Shown here: piece after piece, positions 14,500-26,929 of the stretch
Numbering within the stretch: position 1 is the stretch's first letter
Layout of the letters: every line of letters begins with the position of its first letter
Origin: Eledone cirrhosa
Taxonomy: Eukaryota
Reading direction: 5' to 3'
DNA length: 64,000 bases
Assembly (NCBI GenBank): GCA_964016885.1
Contig: OZ024743.1
Location: 369,768,001 to 369,832,000, forward strand
Notes under the pieces: generated by a model
What the model was told of the DNA's origin: nothing
The model's database searches: none
What the model saw: only the letters and a program-made list of their open reading frames with translations
Made by a program: the position numbers and the translations under genes

Positions 14500-15235
14500 G
14501 TTAGATTTATAAATAGGTAGGTAGATAGACAGATAGCTTTAGATAAATAGGTAGATAGATAGATAGATAGATAGATATATTTCTATTTATTGCCATGAGG
14601 GCGCAAAAGAAGGGGACAGATACAAGGGGGGAGTTTACACAAAAAGGCGAGTAAAGAAAACAAATAAATATAAAATGAACAATAAAGTCCTCAATAGGGA
14701 GGAGGCGTTTTGGAATAAAGTGATAGATAGATAGATTTCTTTATTAGCCACAAGGGCGCAACAAGAAAGGGGACAATACAAAGACATGCCGGGGATTTTA
14801 CATACAGTCGTGTAAAAAAATATAAAAACAAACAATTTCAACAATCGAAATCCCCAATAGGGGGGAGGCGCCACAAATGGGTTGTTTAATACCCCGTCGA
14901 TAGAACAACCCTCAACTCAAGGAGCGTGTTGTGCAAGTGCTCCTTTCTTCCTTTTGCTCTCTTCCTCAACCTACAGGCTTATAAACAGAGAAGGCCCAAT
15001 CACTCGGGCCATTTTCGCTTCATTCACCCACCTTTCAGTAAATTTACTGGGGTGCAGTGCCTCTCTCTCCACCCTGATTCTCCTTCTAAAGTGATACTTA
15101 AAGAATGGAATCAAAGTGATAGATAGATAGATAGATAGATGGATAAAAAGACAGACAGATAGATAGGTAGGTAGATAAATGGATAGATAGATAGACCGAG
15201 ATCGATAGATAGATGAATCAATAGATTGAATTAGA
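14500..15235 (-). mobile_element. Two Tx1-like 3' termini (about 14580-14720 and 14735-15100) embedded in a (GATA)n microsatellite
   Basis: Minus strand shows CCCCCCTATTGGGGA, TGTATTGTCCCC and GCCCTTGTGGCTAATAAAGAAA followed by (TCTA)n, the same 3'UTR landmarks as 57570-57718. Confidence 0.7.
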
Positions 15236-15752
15236 TAGTGTTAGAAAATAATATAGGAGAGAGAGAGAGAGAGAGAGACTGCTTATCTGTATGTTTGGTG
15301 TGCAGCAGCAGGTGTAATAAGTATTTAAGCTGACAATTTGTTTGAGAGAAGCCTCATTTACTGGACTCCGAGAGTGAAAACAACAACAATCACAACAGCA
15401 ACCACAAACTGTCAGCAGCAACAGGCAACAGTGGTAATATTTAAAGCTAGTTTTTCTCTACTAACTAAATCAGTGAATAATGGCCCCCAGTGTCTATGAT
15501 AAAGTTATAGCAGTGATATCAAAACCACAGGAACAGAGAACTGACTTTGAATGTCATGATTTGGTACCCTGGATCCGCAAACAAAACAAATTATTTTCGA
15601 ACCTAAAACATGGTAAATTTTACAATCTTTCTCACATTTTTTAGCACTTTTATTCCATTCTTGCTTTCATGCTTTCTTTCATTTTTCTTTATTTCCGTCT
15701 ATATTTCTTTATTTCTTTATTTCTTTATTTCTTTCCCCCTGCCTTTTTCCTC

Positions 15753-15754
<2 letters not shown>

Positions 15755-15791
<37 letters not shown>

Positions 15792-15960
15792 TCCTTCCTT
15801 CCTTCCTTCCTTCCTTCCTTCCTTCCTTCCTTCCTTCCTTCCTTCCTTCCTTCCTTCCTTCCTTCCTTCCTTCCTTCCTTCCTTCCTTCCTTCCTTCCTC
15901 CCTCCCTTCCTTCCTTCCTTCCTTCTTTCCTCCCTCCCTTCTTTCCTTCGTTCGTTCGTT
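15755..15960. repeat. Compound (CTTT)n/(CCTT)n microsatellite
   Basis: Read directly; it explains the low-complexity ORFs at 15610-16101. Confidence 0.95.
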
Positions 15961-16559
15961 TGTTCCTTTCTTTCTTTTCCCCTGTTTTCTTTTTTCCTTT
16001 CTATCATTCCTGGTTGCAGTAATTATAAGTATTCTATAATTAACTATTGCTTTGTTATCTATTGCATACATAATCTTCCCCAACTATATGTATATACATA
16101 ATATATACATAACAATATGTATATACATAACAATATGTATATGCTTACAGCTTGGAGATGAAAAGTCAATAGTATTTTTACAAAGTTATGGTATCTATCC
16201 CAAAGTCTCACACTCAAGAACTCAAAAAAGCCATTACATCCTAGGGGAGAGGCACAGTAGGTCAAAAGTGGGATAAGGGGTGGGAGGGGCATCATTTCCC
16301 TCAGTTATAAAGCTAATCTACAACATAGCTGATAGGCTACTATTTATTATTTTTATTTTTCATCAAAATGACTATATATATGATAGTAAGTGGGATATGG
16401 GAATTAGTACAAAATGTTTCAAATTTTCTTTGATTACATTTTTACTTTTTATTGTATTTTCTGGGTAAATTGCAAAAGTATGGACGAGGCAAAGGACAAA
16501 TTACCAAGTTTTAAGAAAATATTAGTCATGGAAATTGTTCTGCTATGGACCCCCATAGG

Positions 16560-16790
16560 AATGTAATTTGTAGGGGTCACATGTTTGAAATCCCTGATTT
16601 ATTCTGTAATATGTGTGTGTAAATATAGTTTGAGGGTTACATATTTGAAACTCTTGATATGTCCTGCAATATGAGTGTGTAAATGTAGTTTGTTGGGGCT
16701 ATGTGTTTGAGACCCTTGATCTATCCTGTAACATGTGTGTGTAAATGTAGTTTGAGAATTACATGTTTGAAACTCCTGATCTATCCTGTG
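16560..16790. repeat. Degenerate ~60-bp minisatellite, about 4 units
   Basis: Recurrent ACATGTTTGAAAC.C.TGAT.TAT.CTG.AA.ATG.GTGTGTAAAT.TAGTTTG. Confidence 0.75.
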
Positions 16791-17794
16791 TTGAACCTCT
16801 GTTTGTTTTGACGATGAGTGATGAGTGTTAAAGTTATAAGAACAATGGAATAGCCTGAAATTGGCTGAGAATTCCATAGACATGTTCAACCTTCAGGTAG
16901 TTCTCAGGAGATTCAGCATGACAAAACGGGCCCTTTGAATTACAGGTACAATTCATTTTTGCTTGCTGCATGCACTGGAATAACGTGAAATAAAATGTCT
17001 TATTCAAGGATCCTAAGTTATGCATCTTCACACTTGATATAGGAAATAAATATATATTAATGTGCATTTATGTACAAAAGCATAATAATACAATTGTTTC
17101 ATATATACATGCCCCCTTCTGCATTCATTCCTTAGCTGCTGTCTCCCCACACAAGAATCTTTAGATACCCTCACTACTGCACTCTAGTAGCTACTCCCTG
17201 CACCTTACCCATTCCCACTCCACTATCACTCCTTGGTTATTCTTTCCATCACTACACCTCTCATTTCTGGCACTCACTGTTCTCATCTCTATGAGAGAGA
17301 GAAGAAAAAAACAAAAGGGGTGAGTTGAGAGGACCCTTCAGTCATGTCATTGTTTGGCAACCTCTCTAAGGTGGATGATTAATATGATAAATACACCCAA
17401 TACACTCTGTAAAGTAGTTGGTAATACGAAAGGGCATCTGACCATAGAAACCTTTCCAAACAAGGGTTGGTAGGACTCTTCAGTCATATCTAGGACATGA
17501 AGGCCTCCCCAGTGCTGGGGATCTACATGATAAACACACCCAGTACACAATTGGTTGATGATAGGAAGGGCACTCAACTGTAGAAAGCTTGCCAAACAAT
17601 GTGTTGGGATGACTCTATAGTCATTGTCAAAGGCGTAACAAGCTCCCTTGAATGTAAGCGAGATGGAGCACCCCCAGCATATCTTGGAGGTCAATAGATT
17701 CGCTTCAGTACTGATTTAGTTTATGTAGACCCTTCCAACCCTTACAATGTAAATCTCCAATACACACACACACACACATACACACACATATAAA

Positions 17795-20700
17795 TCATCA
17801 TCATCATCATCACCGTTTTACGTCCGTTCTTCCACGCTAGCATGGGTTAGACGGGTTGTCCTGTTGTGGGCAGTGTCTGGTCGGCTGACCATGCCTTGCT
17901 CATACAGGAACTGATCTGGCTTGATTTCTACAGCTGGATGCCCTTCCTAACACCAACCTCATTTACAGTGAGTGCTGGGTGCTTTTTCGTGGCGCCTACA
18001 CGTCCACTTTACAGTGTGGGCTGGGTGCTTTTTTGCCGTGGCACCTCCACGACCACCTTGCGGTGGGGGGGGCATATTGTTTATATGCTTCAGCATGTAC
18101 CCATGGGAGGTCGGGTACCCTGTATTACTGCGTGACGCCAGAAGTCACGGTCGTGTGTCATTGACTTTGAGAGGTGTAGTTGGGTAAGGTCGGCTTTTAT
18201 CACCTCATCCCAAGTCATCTTGGGTCTCCCCACTCCGCGGTTTCCATCAACTTCTAGTGCTCTGCACCTTTTTATGCAGCTGTCATCCTTCATACGCATC
18301 ACATGTCCATACCAGCGTAACCGCCTCTCCTGCACGCAGCATTTGATTCCTCTTATGCTCAGTCTCTCTCTCAATTCATTTATGCTTTGTCGTTCACGTA
18401 TATTACTGTTACACATCCATCGGAGCATGCAGGCTTCGTTTCTCTCTAATCTACGTAAGTCTTCCACCTTCAGCGCCCAGGTCTCACTACCATGCAACAT
18501 CGCTGTTCGGATACACGCATCATACAGTCTGCCTTTCATTCTGAGGGAGAAGCCTTTTGCAGCTAGCAGTGGTAGTAGTTCCCTAAACTTCTTCCATCCC
18601 GTTCTTACCCTAGTTATTGTACTTTCTGAGCACCCACCTCCGTTGCTAATTCGGTCACCTAGGTAGCAGAAGCTGTCTACTGTTTCTACAGGGCCCTCCC
18701 AGAGATTGGTGGTACTTGTTTCCTGTGGCTGTTTGCTTGCTGTTTCAGCACAGCTGCTGCATGTGAATCCTACATTCTTAATTAAGCTTCCTGAGATCCC
18801 GCTACATCTCTTGTGTACCCATTGTTTGCATTTGGGGCAAAGAATGGAGTTCCTACCTACACCTTTCCTACATACTGAGCAAGGCCATTTCCCTGAGGGG
18901 ATCTGGGTTCTGTTTTCTCGTCTACTTATAAGGACCTTAGTCTTTGTCATGTTGACTTTGAGGCCCTTTCTCTCTAGTCCCTGCTTCCAGGTTTGGAATT
19001 TATTCTCTAGTTCTACCATAGATTCAGCTATGAGTGCGAGGTCATCAGCATACAGGAGTTCCCATGGGCATCCGGTCTTAAACTCCTCCGTTATTGCCTG
19101 CAGGACTATGATGAACAGGAGAGGGCTAAGAACAGAGCCCTGGTGGACCCCAACCTGTACGCTAAATTCCTCGCTATACTCATTGCCAATCCTAACTTTG
19201 CTGACTGCTCCCCTATACATGGCTTGTACCGCTTTCACAAGCCATTCATCTACTCCTAGTTTTCTAAGAGCCCACCAGATTACTGCACGTGGAACTCTGT
19301 CAAAGGCTTTCTCAAGGTCGACAAATGCCAAGTAGAGTGGCTTACTTTTAGCTAGGTACTTTTCCTGTAATTGCCTCACAAGGAAGAGCGCATCAGTGGT
19401 GCCTTTCCCTGGAACAAACCCAAATTGCATCTCGTCTATATTCACCCGGTCCCTAATCAGCTGTGCTATAACTCTTTCTGTTACTTTCATGACCTGGTCC
19501 ATCAACTTTATACCTCTATAGTTTCCTCTATCTAGTGCATCGCCTTTACCTTTGTAGCAGTTGACAATGATGCTACTGCACCAATCTTTTGGTATGGCCC
19601 CCTCTAGTATTACCTGGTTAACGATACGTGTGGTTATAGTGTGACCTACAGACCCAGATGCCTTCAGCATCTCGGCAGCTATACCCGATGGACCGGTTGC
19701 CTTCCCTATCTTCATATCTCTAATTGCCTTACTTACTACGCTGCCGCTGACTTGTACTGCTGGTCCCTCTATAGGGTCTACGTGGGGTAGGGTCTCTTCT
19801 TCCCATGCATTCTCCTCATTTAGTAATCTATCATAATGACTCTTCCATGCATCTTTCTTCTCAGCACTTGTGAGGGCAAGCTCACCTTTATCATTCCGGA
19901 TACACTTCTCTCCAATGACATCACAACTATCTCTGACACACTGCCTCGCAATCTTGAATACCTCCTGTTTCTGGTCCTCACGTTGTAAAACATGCTTGAA
20001 TTTTCTATCCTCTGCTTCCCTCCTAGCTAAGTATACTTGTCGCCTAGCTTCCCTCTTGGTCTCTATGTAATGTACCCTGCTCCCCCCGTTCTTCCATTCT
20101 TTCCATGCCTGTCTCTTGGCCTTGACTGCTTCATCTACCTTATTGTTCCACCACCAAGTCACTCTCCTCCTGCTTGAGGTCTTACTCCAGCCACAAACCT
20201 CATCCGTCGCCTCTAGTAAGTTATTTTTTAGGAACTCCCAGTTCTCTTCTACGTTAAATGTCTCTATCTGTTCTTCTTTACTGTCGTAGGCGTTGAGTAA
20301 AATATCTTTAAATCTGTTACTGGTTGAGGGGACTTTCAGCTTCCAGATCTTTCTTCTCCAGGTTGGCCTCTGTTTCAGGGCTCGTCTAGTTCTGACCGTG
20401 AGGTCGCTGACAACTAAGCTATGTTGGGATGTACATTCCTCACTAGGGAAGGCTTTTGTGTTTACGACCGTCCATCTGTCACGTCCTCTGATGAGGATAA
20501 AATCTAACTGACTAGAGTGCTCCCCTGATCTATAGGTGATCAGGTGGTTGTCGGGTTTTTTAAAGTTTGTGTTACATATCGACATGTCATTGGCGTCGCA
20601 GAATTCTAGAAGTCTGAATCCTTCCTCATTCCTTGTGCCAACTCCATGGCCTCCATGTACTCTATTGAAGCCGTCGCAGTGTTTACCTACGTGTCCGTTA

Positions 20701-21189
20701 AAATCTCCTGCAATGATTAGGAAGTCCTTGTCGTCTGTTAGAGCAGTAGTGTGTATTAGGGACTCGTAAAACCTATCCTTAAGTTCGTCTGGCAGCCCCA
20801 ATTGGGGTGCGTAAGCTGATATTATTGTGGTAATTGTCTTATTCAGGACTAGTCTGAGTTTAATGATTCTTGCATTTACCCTGTACACTGAGATTACTTT
20901 ATCTACCCACTTGTCAGCTAATAGTATACCTACACCACCCATCCCATCGTCATTTCCCACCCAGAAAAATTTGTAGCACTGGCTTTTTCCTACAAGGACT
21001 CTAGCAGACCCTCCTCTCCATCTAGTCTCTTGCACACAGCATACATCAACTTCCTTTCGCTCTAGCATTTCTACGATTTCTCCTGCTCTTCCTTTCATTG
21101 AGCCTACATTGATGGTACCAACTCGGAGTTTTGGGCATTTGTCGACACTCGTAGGGGAGGGTCTCTGGGTTGGCGCTTCACGTGGGTGC
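17795..21189 (-). mobile_element. RTE-clade LINE, young, probably 5'-truncated, (GAT)n tail
   Basis: Single long ORF, ~280-nt 3'UTR containing two ~43-nt tandem modules, (CAT)n on the + strand at 17795-17812. The 5' end abuts a (TA)n tract. Confidence 0.92.
18090..21098 (-). CDS. RTE ORF: apurinic-type endonuclease + reverse transcriptase with internal PHD-type finger (1002 aa from first ATG; frame open to 21188)
   Basis: EN motifs VQETRW, AYAPQ, GDFNGHVG, QLDFIL, SQH. RT motifs NYRGIKL, QFGF, FVDLEKAFDRV, GVHQGSVLSPLLF, YADD, FCYLG. RTE-type C-terminus RRLRWYGHVMRM..GRPKMTW. No stops. Confidence 0.93.
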   Translation of the reverse strand: MKGRAGEIVEMLERKEVDVCCVQETRWRGGSARVLVGKSQCYKFFWVGNDDGMGGVGILLADKWVDKVISVYRVNARIIKLRLVLNKTITTIISAYAPQLGLPDELKDRFYESLIHTTALTDDKDFLIIAGDFNGHVGKHCDGFNRVHGGHGVGTRNEEGFRLLEFCDANDMSICNTNFKKPDNHLITYRSGEHSSQLDFILIRGRDRWTVVNTKAFPSEECTSQHSLVVSDLTVRTRRALKQRPTWRRKIWKLKVPSTSNRFKDILLNAYDSKEEQIETFNVEENWEFLKNNLLEATDEVCGWSKTSSRRRVTWWWNNKVDEAVKAKRQAWKEWKNGGSRVHYIETKREARRQVYLARREAEDRKFKHVLQREDQKQEVFKIARQCVRDSCDVIGEKCIRNDKGELALTSAEKKDAWKSHYDRLLNEENAWEEETLPHVDPIEGPAVQVSGSVVSKAIRDMKIGKATGPSGIAAEMLKASGSVGHTITTRIVNQVILEGAIPKDWCSSIIVNCYKGKGDALDRGNYRGIKLMDQVMKVTERVIAQLIRDRVNIDEMQFGFVPGKGTTDALFLVRQLQEKYLAKSKPLYLAFVDLEKAFDRVPRAVIWWALRKLGVDEWLVKAVQAMYRGAVSKVRIGNEYSEEFSVQVGVHQGSVLSPLLFIIVLQAITEEFKTGCPWELLYADDLALIAESMVELENKFQTWKQGLERKGLKVNMTKTKVLISRRENRTQIPSGKWPCSVCRKGVGRNSILCPKCKQWVHKRCSGISGSLIKNVGFTCSSCAETASKQPQETSTTNLWEGPVETVDSFCYLGDRISNGGGCSESTITRVRTGWKKFRELLPLLAAKGFSLRMKGRLYDACIRTAMLHGSETWALKVEDLRRLERNEACMLRWMCNSNIRERQSINELRERLSIRGIKCCVQERRLRWYGHVMRMKDDSCIKRCRALEVDGNRGVGRPKMTWDEVIKADLTQLHLSKSMTHDRDFWRHAVIQGTRPPMGTC

Positions 21190-21678
21190 TATATATATAT
21201 ATATATATATACATTGGTTTCCAGCTATTCATGGTGGAGCTGACAATATTGTTAGAACTCAGTGTATCCTTGAAGAGATGGTTTCAGCGAGATTTGGTAC
21301 ACATTGTATAAGGTTTCCTCGAAGAATCAGCTCGAGTTACAGAGTCATTTATATATGCGTGTGTGTTTTTTGTAGTTTTTTTTCACCTGGGAGTGAAAGG
21401 CCCCCAGTTGTTATCACAACACCTTCAGAAGCATCTGATGATGCTGACCAGTTCTCCTTTTTGGGTACTGTTTTCGATGCTCAGAGAGTGGGATTGGTCG
21501 AGTGCAAGGCCTTTCCTCACTTAAAAAAACCTTCAAAGCACAGGCTTTGCTTGTTCAGGATATGTTACAGGTTTGTGTGGTTGGCCGTAGCCTAAATGTG
21601 CACCAAACTCTATAACCTGACAAGCGATTGCAATACTCTTAGCAGAGTTTGGAGCCATCATGTATATATGTATGTATG

Positions 21679-21717
<39 letters not shown>

Positions 21718-21799
21718 CTATATGTTGGTTGTCTGCTCAATACAGAGCTTGACCACTTAATGCACATAAAGATCATTTCCAGCATGGTGTCTTATATGG

Positions 21800-24700
21800 C
21801 TTGTTAGACCAGGTATGGAAGCAAAAAGTCAACCACACAAATTACAGGTAAGTTTTGGCAAAGAGTATGGTATCTGCATTTGATGTACTTTAACCTGTCT
21901 CTTTGAACCTACTTGTGATTTACACATTTTGTGGTAGATGTGGCATTGATTGTGTACTGGCAAGTAGCTGCTACAGTCAATTTGAGACTGATTGTTGTAT
22001 AATCTGGTGTGGGATTTAAGACTGGCAAGAGATAGATATATTTTGCCACAGATTTCACAAGTCGAAACCTTAACACCATGCTCATGTTCAGTAATCACCT
22101 AGATTTTTCTGATTTTATGTTTTAGATTGGCCTGTTTTATTTTGTTTTCCTCAAAACTCTTCATACCATCTCATACTTTTGAGTGCCAATTATTACGATC
22201 TGCTGGCAAAACTTCAAGTTGCCTTGCATCAACTCTGGGTTTGCACTGTTTTTGTTTCCCCACAAAAAGTTCATCATAAAACAACTGTTTTGGAGTACAT
22301 TCATCATACATGTGTACATGGAGTCCCAGCCATCTGAGTTGATTTCTCCTGATTAAAGATTGAATTGAAGGGATATCAGCAGCAGCTAAAACATCAGTGT
22401 CTCCACTGAAGGAGGTCCATGGGATTTTCAGGATTCTGCACAAACCTTTTTGTTGAAATCTTTCAAGTAACTTTATATGGTGTTTATAGCATACCCCAGA
22501 TGTTAGAAGAATAAAGAAGAGAATACAACACAAAAGATTTGTATACAGAAACTTTTGTCTTGGCTTTAATATACCTTTGTGACCACACACGAGATTTTAA
22601 ATTTCTAAAGGATTTCACAGCCTTTTGAATTCTCAAGGGTATTTCTGTGTCCAGAGAGTTGTTTTTATTACAGAACTACCAAGGTATATAAACGATTTGA
22701 TAACCTCAAGAAGTTTTCCTTTGATATATATTTTTGGCTGCTGAACATTTTAATCAGGTTCACACATGACCACAGTTTTCTCCAGCTTGATTGTATGGTC
22801 AAAGACATCATATGCTGCATCAAACGAAGAGATAAGTAATTGCAAGCCATGCTTTGTATAACTAACAAGGTCACAATCATTGGCATACAGCAAATTTCTA
22901 GCCATGAAGTGAAAACTTTGGATTTGAATTTCAATATTGTTAGATTAAAAACATTTCTTGTGCAACACCTTATAGAGACACCATCCTCATTGTTCAGAAA
23001 GGCATTGGACAACATTGTGGCAGAGTAAATTGCAAATAAAGTGGTTGCATCAAGGTCTTCTTGCTTTACCCCATTTTCTACTATAAAAGGCTCTGAAAGG
23101 GTTCTCAAAAAATTAACTCTGGCTTTCATATCTTAGTGCAAGGCTTTTAGAATGTTAACGAATTTTTGAAACATCGAAATTTGAGCCAAACCAGCCACAA
23201 AGCATTTCTGTTCACAGTATTGAAAGCCTTGCTGATATCGACAAAGCAATGATAGAGGGTGAGATTCTGTTTAATACATTTTTCTTGCAATTGCCTGATT
23301 ATGAAAATCATCATGTCATTAGTGCCACTTTTTTCATGAAAACCACATTGAGACTCTGACACAGCTCTCAGAACAATAAAGTTTATGGGCCAGAACTTTG
23401 CCAACAACCAACAAGAGTAAGATGCTTCTGATATTACTACATTGGTCTTTACCATCAGACTTAAAAATAGTTACCAAAACAGCTTCTATCCACTCTTACA
23501 GCCCCTCCTTATTCTCCCATTAATGAGCTATTACTATTTGCAAAGCATCCACAATTTTCTCACCACCATACTTCAGAACTTCCACATTTATACCATCCAT
23601 TCCAGGAGTTTTATTATTGTTCAACCTTTTTACAGCTAACCCAATGTCATTTCTAGATGGTTTTAATGCCATATCATCAATCACGGAGATTTTCAAGAGA
23701 CTCAATGACAGACAAGGCTTCTTCTTCTTCTTCTTCTTCTTCTTCTTCTTCTTCTTCTTCTTCTTCTTCTTCACCCACTGAGAGGGTCATGGGAGCAGAG
23801 TTCTCAAACACTCCTTCCAGCAGGTCCTGTCAGAAGCAACCATCTCCAACTGACCTGACTGGATCCCCAAGTGAGACCATTCAAGCTCATGGATGTTATC
23901 CAACCATCTTGCTTGGGGCCTACCACTGGGTCTCCTCCCGGTTGGTTTTGCTCATAAAATCTGTCCAGCTATTCTTTCCTGAGACATTCTAACCACATGC
24001 CCATAGTATTGGACGTTAAGTAACGTTACTTCAAGGATCCTTTGGAGGAACCCCATTTCTGCCACTTGTATTCGCGACCGTATTCTTTCAGTCATTACCC
24101 AAGACTCATGACCATAGGTAAAGGTTGACACGATTACCGAATTGAAGATAACAAGTTTGGCTTTTATGCCTACCTCCCTTCTTCTGATTACTGAATGCTG
24201 AAACTGGCACATTACTGCACTAGCTTTTGCAATTCTTGCACTTAATTCAGCCTCCTACCTTCCATCACTCATGAACATGGCCCCAAGATACTTGAACTTC
24301 TCTACCTGCTTCAGTGGAACTCCATTCACATGTAGCGTGCACTGCTGCGGACATTAGAATATTGATTGAGCAATTCAAAGAAGTGTTCCACCCACCAATT
24401 GAAGATGATTTTGGACCTCAAACATCTTTTACAAATGAGAAAAATGTTTTGAAATCTCTGCGACGATCTGCTGCTTTCTGTGCCTGCTTGGCTTTTTGAT
24501 GCCACCATTGCTCCTTAGAGCTCCTCAAAACATTCTGACCTTACTCTTAAGTTTCTTATAGAGTGGATTAGAATTTGGATTGATTGATTGTGAGAGAAGC
24601 TTTTGACACAAAGCCTGCTTCTATTTGAGTTGGTGAAGAATAGCAGGATTGTTACCAGTGATTCAGTCATTAGAACTTCTTAAAACCCAGTGACTCAGAT

Positions 24701-25620
24701 GCTGCTTTATACGGGTTTGTTTTAAATATCATTCCAAGGGTCATTGAGATTCGGGGTTTTGTTTTCCAACGCACAAAAAAGTTCTGGATGACAACAGGAG
24801 ACTTGAAATTGGATGCATTAAGTTTCTTTGGCACTTTGGTTCTAGCATGTTTATCTTTTAATGTTATATGTAGAGCTTAGCCCTGACCATACGGTGATCA
24901 GTCCAGCATTCTACTCCTCTCATAGCACGCACACTACATACAGCTCTTATATCCCGTTTCTTAACTAGGGTAAAGCCAATTAAGTGTCAATCTTTAGACC
25001 GTAGGTGCATCCATGTTATTTTATACTGCTTTCTCTGCTGAAAAAGGGTGTTAGTTATCATGAGTTGATGTTCAGTACAAAAGGTGAGAAGTGAAACACC
25101 ATTTTGCAGCTTCCTAAACCATGCTTGACTAAAACAGGCCACCACGCAAAATCAGATCCCACCCTTGAATTGAAATCACCTATGATTACAAATTTGTCAA
25201 CAGGAGGAGCGCTTCTCATCACATGTCCAATTTTGTGGTAGAACTGATCAACTGATTCTTCAGTATGTGACATGATGGGGCATAAACACTTATAACTATA
25301 AGATAACGCCCATTTTTTTCAGATGAAGACAACAATTCATGATATGATCTGATAAACCACATGGGTAGTTTTCAAAAGATGAAATGAGAGAGTTCCTAAT
25401 TCACAAGTCAACCCCTGATTCCCTTTTTTGTCCCTTTGCGACTCCTTTCTGAGAGAGCCACTATATCAAGTGAATATCTTTTCAACTCATAAGCTTTTAG
25501 TGCAGTTCGTCTTTTGGATTGTTGTCTAAAGTTGCCATCTATTAGGGTTCAGATATTCTAACATGCTAATTTTATTTGATGTATTTCGTTTCTCTTTTGA
25601 TTGACCTCAGTAGTAGGAAA
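21800..25620 (-). pseudogene. Old, heavily decayed near-full-length RTE/BovB-like LINE with C-terminal C2H2 fingers
   Basis: Ordered remnants LAC.NI.TL (about 25560), IIGDFNSRVG, WVEHFFELLN, KTPGMDGI, ESQCGF, RQLQEKC..FVDISKAFNTV, GVKQ, LERFQQKGLCRILKI, RNQLRWLG, CEICGKIYLSLASLKSH. Confidence 0.8.
23718..24350 (-). mobile_element. RTE-type 3' fragment with (GAA)n tail nested inside the old RTE
   Basis: (TTC)n at 23718-23772, then QVEKFKYLG and TYGHESWVMTERIRSRIQVAEMGFLQRI. The host element resumes at about 24352. Confidence 0.8.
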
Positions 25621-26559
25621 ACGACCAGGTCCAGCCGAGCCAGACCTAGTCACATTATTGCCCTTTATTGGTTCTATTTGAGACATTTCATAAATTAATT
25701 ATGAATTTTTAGGTTTCTGCCAACCGTAATATCTGTTGATATATTATGATTTATGTGCTGTTGTACAAAACGTAACTTTACTGAGGAATATTTTTCGAGT
25801 GAGCACAGTTTGCACAGAGCTATCCTCACTTCTTGACTAAAGAAGATTGCATTGGTGGGACACATAAATTGACATGAACGATTCTGAACATCTCCACAAC
25901 GGCAACAACTACACCACTAACTCTCCTGTTGTTTCCATGTACATATACACATACATACATACACATACATACATGATGATGATGGCTGCCCCCTCGTTAT
26001 TGAGTATGGCCATTGCACAATATACCATTATTAATAATTATTAATTAATTCTATTGTGCAATGCCTGTGCGTGAAGATATTTTTTAAAGTGAGGAAAGAC
26101 TGTGCACTGAGCCAATCCCACTCTCTGAGCGACAGTAGCTATAACCCGAAAAGAAGAAAAGATCCACATCACCGGTAACTACCGAGCCGCAGGTTTTATA
26201 TCGGAGTTATCCCAGTTTCCTGAGTTGCCTTCTCCTAGAAGAATGCCCTGACAAAGGCAAGGGGTCCTTCACTCCCAGTGGTTTAACCGCGCAATCGGGT
26301 GTCCAGCCCGACTATTTCTATGTCCCCGTGCATATACATAGACATGTACACGTGTATATACATATTTACACACTTTCAGATGGCCATTGACTCTTATGAG
26401 TTCTTCCGCCCTTTGTCATGTTTCGTTTTTTGTCCTGCAGGGTGTCCAAAATCACCCTCCAAGTTTACTTGGTGGGGTTGCCGGTTTAGTCACCGACGAC
26501 CCAACCATATATATATATATATATTTAAGAGAGTTTTAAAGTTTGCTTGAAGCATTGTG

Positions 26560-26925
26560 GAATATGCAAAATAGTCGTTTTGGAAGCCTCTACAATGCAG
26601 ATGGGTTACAAAATCAGGTGGCAGTGCTATCCGCAGAGCCATACGAAGTGGGGGTTTCAACTTCCATTTGTCCCACTCAGGGCCCTCCCATGAAGATACC
26701 TCCCCAGGAAGCCTTACAACGTGGGATAACATGTGCTTTCTCAACGACTGTCCAATACGTCAGACAAACTGGTGCTTGCGCACCTACGTCGTCTATAAGA
26801 TTGAATGTGGCAAATGTAAGGAATTCTACATTGGCAGCACCATCCAACCACTGTACGTCTGGATCAAAGAACATGTCAACACTAGAGCCTCATCTTTCCA
26901 AAAACATATCATCAAATGTGGAGAC
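26560..26925 (+). pseudogene. Penelope-like element fragment, GIY-YIG endonuclease
   Basis: CFLNDCPI..CLRTYVVYKIECGKCKEFYIGSTIQPLYVWIKEH matches the VVY..C..C...YIG.T....RI.EH pattern of Penelope endonucleases. Confidence 0.75.
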
Positions 26926-26929
26926 AAAG

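Noticed and set aside
15610-16101. Overlapping ORFs with PSFL/KEGR repeats
   Set aside because: Translations of the (CCTT)n microsatellite.
18220-20769. Long antisense ORFs over the RTE, and many over the Tx1 copies
   Set aside because: Shadow frames of coding sequence with no recognisable motifs.
25975-26320. Repeat-like segment with (GAT)n and CCTTCTCCTAGA..CAAAGGC
   Set aside because: Probably another SINE or RTE UTR relic, but there is no clear second copy in the window to support a call.
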